This document shows positions 49,879 to 59,039 of a DNA stretch of 64,000 nucleotides, piece by piece. Position 1 is the stretch's first letter, and each line of letters opens with the position of its first letter. The notes under the pieces are model-generated. The model did not search any database. It saw only the letters and a program-made list of their open reading frames with translations, and had not been told where the DNA came from. The position numbers were made by a program, and so were the translations under genes. The stretch covers positions 384,001 through 448,000 of the forward strand of contig CBDAOY010000006.1 in NCBI GenBank assembly GCA_965198225.1, read 5' to 3'. Origin of the DNA: Terriglobia bacterium (GTDB lineage: Bacteria; Acidobacteriota; Terriglobia; 20CM-2-55-15).

Positions 49879-50925
49879 ATGATGGATCGCAGAGTATTCG
49901 GAAATACATTACTGGGAGGAGCGGCATACCTGATGGTTCCCAAATCCCCGAAACAAGCCGCCGAAGGCGGTATCACCGATGTCGCGGGCATCAAGGTCGG
50001 GCATTTCACGCTTTCTGAACGTCCGACCGGTTGCACGGTCGTGATCACCGAGGGCGGCGCCGTGGCCGGCGTCGACGTACGGGGATCCGCACCGGGCACC
50101 CGGGAGACCGATCTACTGGATCCGGTAAAGACCGTTCAGGAAGTCCACGCCGTGATGCTGTCGGGAGGGAGCGCGTTCGGGCTGGACGCGGCGAGCGGCG
50201 CCGTCCGCTACCTGAGCGAACGCAGCATCGGCTTCCCGATGGGCGCGTCGCACGTTCCGATCGTGCCCGCAGCCGTGATCTTCGATCTCGGCGTCGGCGA
50301 CGGGACCATCCGTCCGGATGCCGAAGCGGGATACGCGGCTTGCGAAGCCGCCGGCACAGGAAGCGTCGCGGAGGGAAACGTCGGAGCCGGAACAGGCGCG
50401 ACAGTTGGGAAAATGCTGGGCTCTTCACGGGCCATGAAGGGTGGACTGGGCACGGCCGGTATCCGGATCGATCCCGATCTGGTAGTTGGGGCGATCGTCG
50501 CGGTCAACTGTGTCGGCGACGTTGTTGATCCGTCTACCGGCAAGATCGTCGCCGGCGCTCGCAGCGCAGACGGCAAGGGCTTCGAGGACATGAGAGCGGT
50601 GATCCGGGCGGGAGGCCGGACTCGAGGAGGGGAAGGAAACACAACCATCGGAATCGTCGCGACGAACGCCCGCTTCAACCAGGCCCAGATGACCAAAGTC
50701 GCACAGATGGCGCAGGACGCCCTGGCGCGAACAATCTATCCCGCCCACACCCCGTTCGACGGCGACACCGTTTTCGCACTATCGACGGGAACGACGGAAA
50801 CAGAAGCCAATCTTGGCACGATCGGTGCTCTGGCCGCCGACGCCCTCGCCGGGGCGATCCTCCGTGGCGTTAAACGCGCAACCTCAATCCCCGGCTACCC
50901 CGCCTACAGGGACATTGTTGAGTAG
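49879..50925 (+). CDS. P1/S58 (DmpA-like) peptidase
   Basis: ITDVAGIKVGH, DVRGSAPGTRETD, GNVGAGTGA, GNTTIG, HTPFDGD; RR-containing N-terminus. Confidence 0.92.
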   Translation: MMDRRVFGNTLLGGAAYLMVPKSPKQAAEGGITDVAGIKVGHFTLSERPTGCTVVITEGGAVAGVDVRGSAPGTRETDLLDPVKTVQEVHAVMLSGGSAFGLDAASGAVRYLSERSIGFPMGASHVPIVPAAVIFDLGVGDGTIRPDAEAGYAACEAAGTGSVAEGNVGAGTGATVGKMLGSSRAMKGGLGTAGIRIDPDLVVGAIVAVNCVGDVVDPSTGKIVAGARSADGKGFEDMRAVIRAGGRTRGGEGNTTIGIVATNARFNQAQMTKVAQMAQDALARTIYPAHTPFDGDTVFALSTGTTETEANLGTIGALAADALAGAILRGVKRATSIPGYPAYRDIVE

Positions 50926-50927
50926 GT

Positions 50928-50993
50928 GTAGGTGCGGTCTATGACCGCACATTGTTGCTGTCTGAGGGATGTGCGGTCATAGACCGCACCTAC
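50928..50993. repeat. REPIN
   Basis: Inverted GTAG REP pair between convergent genes. Confidence 0.9.
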
Positions 50994-51026
50994 AGTCGCC
51001 CATCACCAAACGTCGCGGTGGTCTTG

Positions 51027-53162
51027 TCAAAACGCCAGCAGGTATGTGAGTTTCACGACGCCGGCCCTCGCGTCGGGGGGTGCATCGAAGGGGCGGGGAC
51101 CGTCGAAGAAACGGTGTGCGGTGTTGAAAACGACGAACAGGTCGCTTCCCGGCGTGTGAATCCAGTTCACCCGAATGTTGGCCTGGAGGTCGCGAGAGAC
51201 CGTGTCGTATTGGATCAGGGCGCTCGAGAAAAGGCCCCGGTTGGCGGCCGCTCCCACGTTGAACCCCAGCAGGGTCGTCGAAATATCCTGGTCCTGGTCG
51301 GGAAACCTGAAGACGTCGTGGGACACGTTGGCGCCAAGGGACAGGTACTCGGAGAATTTGTAAAAGGTGTTGGCGCCGTAGCTGGTCCGGTTTCCGTTGA
51401 AGAACCCGCCTTTCCTCAGGCTGGCGCCGCCCTGGAGGCGCCGGCTGACGTTGGAGCGGAACCAGAGCCGGGCGTCGGAGAAGGTGTAGTCACCCGCCGG
51501 GATCGTTACTGTGTCGAACAGCTGGAACGTTGTTGCAGGACGGTCGAACTCCCGATTCACGTCGACACCCATCTGTTCCCCGGATTCGAATCGTGCGCTC
51601 ACCGAACCCCAGTGGCTCGTCGTCTGCTTCCGGTGGTCCTGTCCTTCGATGTAGTTGACACCGGCATTGAAGAGCAGCTGGCGAACGAGGCTGTCACCCG
51701 ACCCGAGTCGCGGGGTGTACGCCGCGTTGGTATGGTAGCGAATCATGTCCCGGCGCCGGACGAAGCCGATACCGGGATCAAAGTGCTCGCCGACGTTGAG
51801 ATAGCCCGCCTCGTATGCAAAGAGATCGTTCGCGAGGAAGAGGTTGACGCTACCGGCGCTTGAAGATGCCAACCGTTCCGGCGTCCACACTTTCGAAACC
51901 CAGGCGTTCAACTCGGAACTCCGGAAGAAGCGGAATGCCACGTCCCCGCCCGCAACCCGGTTGTACTCACCGCCTCCCTGTACGTTGGTGAAGATAGCTC
52001 CCACCGTCGCGCGAGCGCGCACGTCGGCACGCACCCGCGCCACGCTGAAATTCTGGCCTTCCAGATCGCCTTCATCCTCGGTCTGGATGTTCAACAGCCC
52101 GAGGGAGAAGGCGCCCGACTGCCCTGCGAGTCGCGCTCCTCCCAGAATGCCTTGCGTGAGACCGATTCGTCGGCTGAAGAAGGTCGCCGCTTCCCTTGGG
52201 TTTCCGAACGAGAAGAGACCGGCACGTTCCAGAAAGAACTCGCGCTTTTCGGGAAAGAACAGGTTGAACCGGTTCAGGTTTATCTGGACGTTGTCGGCCT
52301 CGACCTGCGCGAAGTCCGTGTTCGCGGTCAGATCGAGCGTGAAGTTAGGGGTCAAGCCCCATTTGACATCCAGGCCGACGTCCTTGACGGCTGCGGACTC
52401 GGGACCATCCGGACCCGGCCTTGTCGCGCCGACCAGGCCGTACGGCTTTACCTCCACGTGATGCTGACGTTTCAGGTTCCGAAGGCCCTGCAGTTCCGCA
52501 TACTGGGACACCTGGAAAATCTGCCGCCGGAAGTCGACGCCGATCAGGGGCCAGAAGACCTCCTCTTCCTTCCGTCGGATTGAGCGGTAGAAGGCGATGC
52601 CCATCCGAGGTTGGGCCGCTTCGTCGTAACGCAGCGTCGTAAACGGGATGGCAACCTCCAGAACCCAGCCGAAGTCGGTGACCCGGCCTTCGCTGCGGTA
52701 CACACCTTCCCAGTTCCAGTTGACCGGACCCTCGTCGGTCACCAGCGCATCACCCTGGGTGCCGAAGGCGTTCAGCTCGAAGATGTAGGCGTTGAGGCGA
52801 TCGAAGTAGGTGTCGAGGCCGATGATGACGCGATCATCCTGATCGATGCGTCCTTCACGCTGCAGGATGGTACGCCGAATCCGATCCGGTTCGGAATCGA
52901 ACATCGTGAAAGCGAAGTAGATGGAATCGTCGTCGTATGCGATTCGGACCTCGGTCCGTTCGCTCGGTGCCGCACCCTCGTTCGGCTCGCGTTGTTTGAA
53001 ATCCGTGATCGGGGCGATCCGTTGCCAGAAGGGTTCATCGAGGACGCCGTCGATCGCCGGCGCCTGGTCGATTGGAACAGCCGTGGCGACATCTTGCGGT
53101 GCGGCCGAAACCCGCGACGTCGACAGCGCCAACAGGACGACTACAAGGATCGATCGACGCAC
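51027..53162 (-). CDS. DUF5916 / CBM9-like domain outer-membrane protein; start uncertain
   Basis: IDGVLDE..W, EVAIPFTTLRY, NTDFAQVEAD, FFPEKREFFLE, FFSRRIG. Confidence 0.88.
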   Translation of the reverse strand: MRRSILVVVLLALSTSRVSAAPQDVATAVPIDQAPAIDGVLDEPFWQRIAPITDFKQREPNEGAAPSERTEVRIAYDDDSIYFAFTMFDSEPDRIRRTILQREGRIDQDDRVIIGLDTYFDRLNAYIFELNAFGTQGDALVTDEGPVNWNWEGVYRSEGRVTDFGWVLEVAIPFTTLRYDEAAQPRMGIAFYRSIRRKEEEVFWPLIGVDFRRQIFQVSQYAELQGLRNLKRQHHVEVKPYGLVGATRPGPDGPESAAVKDVGLDVKWGLTPNFTLDLTANTDFAQVEADNVQINLNRFNLFFPEKREFFLERAGLFSFGNPREAATFFSRRIGLTQGILGGARLAGQSGAFSLGLLNIQTEDEGDLEGQNFSVARVRADVRARATVGAIFTNVQGGGEYNRVAGGDVAFRFFRSSELNAWVSKVWTPERLASSSAGSVNLFLANDLFAYEAGYLNVGEHFDPGIGFVRRRDMIRYHTNAAYTPRLGSGDSLVRQLLFNAGVNYIEGQDHRKQTTSHWGSVSARFESGEQMGVDVNREFDRPATTFQLFDTVTIPAGDYTFSDARLWFRSNVSRRLQGGASLRKGGFFNGNRTSYGANTFYKFSEYLSLGANVSHDVFRFPDQDQDISTTLLGFNVGAAANRGLFSSALIQYDTVSRDLQANIRVNWIHTPGSDLFVVFNTAHRFFDGPRPFDAPPDARAGVVKLTYLLAF

Positions 53163-53397
53163 GAACTTGTCATGACAGAGACGCCCAGGCACGTAGGCCA
53201 GACTTGCATCCGTCAACGACAAACACTCCTCCGTGCCTCAGCGTCTCCGTAGTTATTCTTCTCGCAAGGCCTAGTGACCTGTGCTCACGGACGGGGACAG
53301 GATCCTTCTCGGACCGAGCGCCCCAGAGGTCATCGCAGAGTTTGTGGGTTATGAGGTGGGTTGAATCTGCCGCAGCAGCGGCGGTCCAAACAGAGGT

Positions 53398-53463
53398 GTA
53401 GGTGCGGTCTATGACCGCACACTCTTCGATCCGAAACGTATGCGCTCATAGAAGCACACCTAC
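53398..53463. repeat. REPIN, one arm degenerate
   Basis: Inverted GTAG REP pair. Confidence 0.85.
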
Positions 53464-53608
53464 ACTAAAGATGGAGTCGGGGCAAGTCATCGCGCGCGAA
53501 AACGCGGGAGCCCAGACTTCTTATGAGAAATCCTCGTTAGTTCTTCAAACCCGTTCGAGACAGGATCCCGGTTGACGGGAATGTCGGCTTCGTCTTCACG
53601 AGGAGTAG

Positions 53609-55027
53609 CTAGTCCGCCTCCGCTTCCCCGATGTTGACCTCGATGTGCACCCAGCGACCCTGCTCGAAGCGCGCAACCGAGAGGACACATCGCAGGATGT
53701 GGCCCACCAGGATCGCGCCCCAAACGTCCGCGCTTTCCAGGCCCCCGCTCATCTGCGCAACGGTCAGGTAGCCGATCGGTACGGCGAGCTGAGAAATGAG
53801 AGTGATGACCAGCGGGCTCCGCGTGTCGCCGGCTCCCTGGAGGGCGCCGGTGTAGTTGAGGGCGACGGTGACGAAGAGGGCCGAAACGCTGAGATAACTG
53901 AGAAGCTCGGTCCCAAGTTCCAGCACGATTGGCTGCTCGAGACCGAAGACGCCGAGAAGCCGTTGGGGCATCAACACAAAAAGAGCCCCGACGCCTGCGG
54001 CGAGGAGCAAGCCGAACATCGCGCTGGTCCGTGCGGCCTTCTTGGTGCGTTCTGGAAAACCCGCGCCCAGGTTCTGCCCGGCGACCGTCGAAGTGGCCGC
54101 CATCAATCCGACCGACGTCCACGTGACGAGGGAAAACAGCTGGGTGTAGCCGACGGCGTAGGCCGCCTGAGCCTCCCCGCTGTGAGGAAGCGAGCCTACG
54201 AAGCCTACGAGCGCCGCCCCACCGAGATTCATCGCAATCCCTTGGAAACCCGTGGGTAACCCGAATCGAAAGAGCTCGCGGATGATTCCCCAGTCGGGAC
54301 GAAACGAGACTGTTTCGGGGAGCCGGACTATGAGTCGGTTCGTCACCAGAAGATAAACGGCATAGCCTCCGACCAGGCCCGACGCGATGACGGTGCCGAG
54401 TGCGGCGCCGAGCGTTCCGAACGCGGGGATGGGGCCCAGACCACGGATCAGCACAAGACTCCCCACGAAATTGAGCGCAGTCATCGCTATTCCGAGACGG
54501 AGGGGGGTTCTCGCGTCGCCCGCCGCTCGCAGAACTCCCGCCATCATGTAGTACAGCAGCATGCCGAGGCAGAAAACGAACAGCGTCCTGAGGTAAGGCA
54601 GGGCCTCGGCACGAACTTCCGGCGACGCGTTCAACAAGCCGAGCAGCTGTGGCGCAAAGAAGATCCCAACCGGCGCCAGGAACAAGACGACCATCAAAAT
54701 GGCCGTCAAGATACCCTGGAGGACGACGCGGTTGACCTTCTCGGGTTCGCCGGCGCCGGCGAACCGGGCGACGAGGATACTCATGCCGGTAAACACAGAA
54801 ACCACAAAGACGATCACCACGAGGAAAATCTGCCAGCTCACACCGATCGCGGCGTTACCGGTAAAGCCGACGTAGCGCCCGACGAGGGTGTGGTCGACAA
54901 TGCCCTGGAAGCCGGCGATCACGTTTTGCAACATCGTCGGCCACGCGAGCTTCCAGACGGCTTTGGAAAGCGGGCCCTGGACGATCTGGGGGTCGAACTC
55001 TTGAGATCTCGAATCGCGGTCTGCCAT
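53609..55027 (-). CDS. MATE-family efflux transporter
   Basis: KLAWPTMLQN, LRAAGDARTPL, GQNLGAG, LQGAGDTRSP. Confidence 0.92.
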   Translation of the reverse strand: MADRDSRSQEFDPQIVQGPLSKAVWKLAWPTMLQNVIAGFQGIVDHTLVGRYVGFTGNAAIGVSWQIFLVVIVFVVSVFTGMSILVARFAGAGEPEKVNRVVLQGILTAILMVVLFLAPVGIFFAPQLLGLLNASPEVRAEALPYLRTLFVFCLGMLLYYMMAGVLRAAGDARTPLRLGIAMTALNFVGSLVLIRGLGPIPAFGTLGAALGTVIASGLVGGYAVYLLVTNRLIVRLPETVSFRPDWGIIRELFRFGLPTGFQGIAMNLGGAALVGFVGSLPHSGEAQAAYAVGYTQLFSLVTWTSVGLMAATSTVAGQNLGAGFPERTKKAARTSAMFGLLLAAGVGALFVLMPQRLLGVFGLEQPIVLELGTELLSYLSVSALFVTVALNYTGALQGAGDTRSPLVITLISQLAVPIGYLTVAQMSGGLESADVWGAILVGHILRCVLSVARFEQGRWVHIEVNIGEAEAD

Positions 55028-55318
55028 TGTCTGTCGCGGAGCATTGTACAGGCTCGTACCGGGCAGGCGACAAACCGGCCAGGCCCGACTGAGGTTGCGG
55101 TCGCGACGTGAAGATCCGACCGTCGCCCGAGGCACCGCCCGGTTGTGGGCCAAAAACGTGCGCGATATGATCCGTGCGTCTCGTTTCGCCAGATCCCAGG
55201 GGACGTTCGATTTCCATGCGAGCCGAAGTCGGGAGTCGCACAGAATTCAAGAATTGCTCTCATCCGGTAGTGGGAGTTCGGGTCGGTCGAAGCGCATGCA
55301 TCCGCGCCTGTTGAGACG

Positions 55319-56833
55319 ATGAACCTTGCCAACCACCTCCTCCGCGCTGGGCTTTACCGTGGCGCGTTTCCGGCCATCGCCTTCGGAACGAGCGTCCTGC
55401 GGAGCTACAGCGAGCTCGCGTCCCGTGCGTCGCGGATTGCCGGTGCGTTGCGCGGACGTCTCGGCCTCGAGCCCGGTGACCGCGTCGCGCTAACGCTCAA
55501 GAATTGCCCGGAGTACCTGGAGCTGATCTATGGCTGCTGGCACGCCGGGCTTGTCGCGGTACCGATGAACTCCAAGCTGCATCCGAGCGAGTTCGCGTAC
55601 ATGTTCGAGCACAGCGGCGCGAGGCTCGGCTTCGCGACCCCAGAGCTTGCGGAGGCGGTCGCCGCCACACGAATCTTGCAGAGAATCATCGAGGTCGGCG
55701 GCGCGGAGTATGCCGGGCTCTTCCAGAGCCCGGCGCTCCCAGTCGAAACGCGTGCGCCGGACGATCCGGCCTGGCTGTTCTACACCAGTGGCACTACCGG
55801 ACGCCCGAAAGGCGCGACCCTCACTCATCGTAATCTGGCCGCGATGAGCTTCTGCTACGTCTCGGACGTCGATCCCGGCAGCCCATGGGGCGCCATTCTG
55901 CATGCAGCGCCGATGAGTCACGGTTCCGGTCTCTACGGCGTGCCGAACGTGATGCAAGCCGCCTGTCACGTCATCCCCGAGAGCGGGGGCTTCGACCCGG
56001 CCGAAATCTACGAACTGATCCGGACCTACGCCGACAGCTCGTTCTTTGCGGCGCCGACCATGGTCAAGCGCCTCCTGGACCATCCGCGCGACGCGGACAC
56101 GCGCAATCTGAAGACCCTCATGTACGGCGGTGGGCCGATGTACGTCGAGGACTGCCGCGCGGCGCTGGAACGATTCGGTCCCAAGCTTTCGCAGCTCTAC
56201 GGTCAGGGTGAGAGCCCGATGACGATCACCGCGCTGGGGCGAAGCGTGCATGCAGAAAGCGACCACCCGCGCTGGCTGGCCCGGCTGGCATCGGTCGGCG
56301 TTGCCCAGAGCGTGGTGGAGGTTCGCGTCGCCGGCGAGGACGATCAAACCCTACCCGTCGGCGAGATCGGCGAAGTCCTCGTGCGCGGCGACTCGGTGAT
56401 GCTGGGCTACTGGGAGGATCCCGACGCGACCGCTCGCACCCTGCGCGGCGGTTGGCTGCACACCGGCGACGTCGGGGTGCTGGACGAGGAAGGCTTCCTG
56501 ACTCTCAAAGATCGCTCCAAGGACGTCATCATCTCAGGCGGTGCCAATATCTATCCGCGAGAGATCGAGGAAGTGCTCAGCGGTCACCCCGCCCTCGCCG
56601 AGGTTTCGGTCATCGGCCGTCCCGACCGGGAGTGGGGCGAAGCGGTCGTCGCCTATGTCGTCGCACGCGAGAACGCGGCGGTTCGCGCCGAGGACCTCGA
56701 CGCCTTCTGCCTGGAGAGAATCGCGCGCTTCAAGCGCCCCAGGGATTATCGCTTCATCGACGAGCTGCCGAAAAACGAGTACGGCAAAGTGCTCAAGACC
56801 GATCTTCGAGAGCGTGAAGCGAACCGGCGGTAG
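55319..56833 (+). CDS. AMP-binding acyl-CoA synthetase
   Basis: YTSGTTGRPKG, YGQGE, WLHTGD, LPKNEYGK. Confidence 0.93.
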   Translation: MNLANHLLRAGLYRGAFPAIAFGTSVLRSYSELASRASRIAGALRGRLGLEPGDRVALTLKNCPEYLELIYGCWHAGLVAVPMNSKLHPSEFAYMFEHSGARLGFATPELAEAVAATRILQRIIEVGGAEYAGLFQSPALPVETRAPDDPAWLFYTSGTTGRPKGATLTHRNLAAMSFCYVSDVDPGSPWGAILHAAPMSHGSGLYGVPNVMQAACHVIPESGGFDPAEIYELIRTYADSSFFAAPTMVKRLLDHPRDADTRNLKTLMYGGGPMYVEDCRAALERFGPKLSQLYGQGESPMTITALGRSVHAESDHPRWLARLASVGVAQSVVEVRVAGEDDQTLPVGEIGEVLVRGDSVMLGYWEDPDATARTLRGGWLHTGDVGVLDEEGFLTLKDRSKDVIISGGANIYPREIEEVLSGHPALAEVSVIGRPDREWGEAVVAYVVARENAAVRAEDLDAFCLERIARFKRPRDYRFIDELPKNEYGKVLKTDLREREANRR

Positions 56834-57034
56834 GCCGGGGCGAGCGTAACCGGGGAGGAAGTACCTATCGGCTCGCGGGCCCGCCGATCGAAGAGTGTTG
56901 GCGTGACGGCCCCAAGAAGCTTACGCTGGAAGAATCACCCTGCCCGGAAAGTTTCGTTCGGAATCCCGGAATGCTGTTAACCGATCAGGGGCGGAACCGG
57001 TATTAAGGTAGTGAGATTGTTAATGGAGAACCTG

Positions 57035-57895
57035 ATGCGAAAAACATTCTGGACGATCCCGGTTCTGACGGCCCTGCTGGCCATCGACGCTGCCGCGCAG
57101 ACGACGACTTCGTCGCCCCCTGTGCAAACACCTCCAGCGCGCCAGGCGGCGCCGTCCGCGGACCAGAGGGCGACCACCGTGCGTGAACAGCTCCGAAGAG
57201 TTCTGGCGCAGTATCCTTCGACACTGCAGGAGGTCCTTCGGATTGACCCCGCGCTGATGACCGACGCCGATTACCTGGCGACGTATCCGGCTCTGGCCGC
57301 GTTCCTGGCCGAGTATCCCGAGGTCGCACACAACCCCGGCTATTTCGTCGGTACTTCTCGGTACCAGGACGGCAGTGACATCATGGAAGCCTTCATAGCG
57401 TTCCTGGTATTCGCGACGATGGTCGGCGTGGTCGTTTGGCTCATCCGAACCATTATCGACTACCGGCGCTGGAACCGCCTGTCCCGCGTCCAGACGGAGG
57501 TGCATTCGAAGCTGTTGGATCGTTTCACAGCCAGCGAAGACCTCCTCGCCTACATCGGCACGCCCGCCGGCCGTCGATTCCTGGAATCGGCCCCGATTTC
57601 CCTCGACAGCGGCAGCCCGGCGCTGGGCGCGCCAACCAACCGGATAATGTGGTCCATCCAGGCCGGCCTGGTGCTCACGCTGGGGGGGACGGGCATCCAT
57701 TTTGCGATCCCGCGCCTGACGGACCAGAGCGCTGCCGATCCACTTTATGTGGTCGGGGTGATCGCGATTGCTCTCGGAATCGGGTTCGTGCTGTCGGGCG
57801 TGGCCGCAATGTTCCTTTCCCGAAAACTCGGTCTGATCGAACAATGGCAGCCCGGGTCGGCATCCGACGAGGCACCCGCGGCGCCGCCGTCATGA
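57035..57895 (+). CDS. Membrane protein upstream of ECF sigma factor
   Basis: Signal peptide plus ~3 TM helices; operon context. Confidence 0.7.
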   Translation: MRKTFWTIPVLTALLAIDAAAQTTTSSPPVQTPPARQAAPSADQRATTVREQLRRVLAQYPSTLQEVLRIDPALMTDADYLATYPALAAFLAEYPEVAHNPGYFVGTSRYQDGSDIMEAFIAFLVFATMVGVVVWLIRTIIDYRRWNRLSRVQTEVHSKLLDRFTASEDLLAYIGTPAGRRFLESAPISLDSGSPALGAPTNRIMWSIQAGLVLTLGGTGIHFAIPRLTDQSAADPLYVVGVIAIALGIGFVLSGVAAMFLSRKLGLIEQWQPGSASDEAPAAPPS

Positions 57896-57909
57896 CGATT
57901 GGTTGAGAC

Positions 57910-58491
57910 TTGATGATACCTAACCCAGCTCTGCTCGAAATCGAGGCTCTCGCGGCGCAGCCGGCGGAAGCGGAAAACACACTGCAGATGGATCAGGACC
58001 AATTCTGCTCCCTGTATGAAAGGACTGCGCGGCCGCTATGGGTCTTCCTTCTCCGGCGAACCAGCGATGAGCATCTCGCCGACGATTTGCTTCAGGAGAC
58101 CTACTACCGGTTCCTGCGAACGCGCCGCGAGTACAACAACGAAGCCCACCGGCGGAACTACCTGTTTCGGATCGCTTCCAACGTGGCAAATGACGCGCTG
58201 CGACAAAGGCGGGACCGCTCCTTTTTCGCACTGGCCGACGAGGGGGGCGTGGCCGCGGCCACCGACGTCGCCGGCCAGAGTCAGAAACGGACCGACCTGG
58301 CCCGCGCTATGCAGCAGTTGAACGCCCGCCAGCAGGAGGCCCTGTGGCTCGCCTACGCCGAAGGGTCTTCGCACGAGGAGATCGCCGGGGTACTGGGCAT
58401 GAAGACAAACAGCGTCAAACTGCTGCTGTTCCGCGCCAGGCGAAAGCTCGCGGCTCTGCTGCGTGGCTCGGACGGGAGAACCGCACGATGA
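57910..58491 (+). CDS. ECF RNA polymerase sigma factor
   Basis: ADDLLQETY region 2 and SHEEIAGVLG..VKLLLFRARRKL region 4. Confidence 0.92.
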   Translation: MMIPNPALLEIEALAAQPAEAENTLQMDQDQFCSLYERTARPLWVFLLRRTSDEHLADDLLQETYYRFLRTRREYNNEAHRRNYLFRIASNVANDALRQRRDRSFFALADEGGVAAATDVAGQSQKRTDLARAMQQLNARQQEALWLAYAEGSSHEEIAGVLGMKTNSVKLLLFRARRKLAALLRGSDGRTAR

Positions 58492-58997
58492 GACTGACCG
58501 AATGCAGTCGGGAACCGGAACTGGTCGAGGCCTTCGCCGAGGGCCGCTGGCCGGATGCGTGCGACGAAGACCTGCGACGGCACGCCGACCAATGTGCCGT
58601 TTGTGCGGACGTCCTGGAAGTAGCCTCTTCGATGCAGGACGACTATCGTTCGGCGATCGCCGAGGTGCAGGTGCCCTCGGCTTCCCTCGTCTGGTGGCGT
58701 GCGGAACTGCGAGCGCGCCACGAAGCTGCCCGAACCGCGGCTCGTCCGATCACTGTCGTACACGCCTTTGCCGCAGCGGCTGCCGTCGGAGTCATCCTGG
58801 CGCTGGGGGGGCTTCTCGTCCCCGTGATTCAGGGTTGGTTCGGCGGGCTATCGACGATTCTACCGCCGACGGTTGGCGCCGAAGCCAGCTTCCTGCCGAT
58901 GGCGGGAGTGCCTTTTGCCCTGCCCGCTATCCTCGGAATCGGCTGCTGCCTCTTACTGGCCCCTCTCGCCGTCTACTTCATTCTTTCGGAAAAGTAG
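58488..58997 (+). CDS. Zinc-binding anti-sigma factor (ZAS) with TM helices
   Basis: HADQCAVC = HxxxCxxC; ATGA overlap with the sigma gene. Confidence 0.85.
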   Translation: MRLTECSREPELVEAFAEGRWPDACDEDLRRHADQCAVCADVLEVASSMQDDYRSAIAEVQVPSASLVWWRAELRARHEAARTAARPITVVHAFAAAAAVGVILALGGLLVPVIQGWFGGLSTILPPTVGAEASFLPMAGVPFALPAILGIGCCLLLAPLAVYFILSEK

Positions 58998-59039
58998 CAC
59001 TCGTCGCTCAGTAGGTTGTCGCAGGAATGCTGGGTTTGT

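Noticed and set aside
3443-53463. REP palindromes or the 45885-46053 repeats as a CRISPR array
   Set aside because: Units are dispersed inverted pairs, not direct repeats with regular unique spacers, and there are no cas genes.
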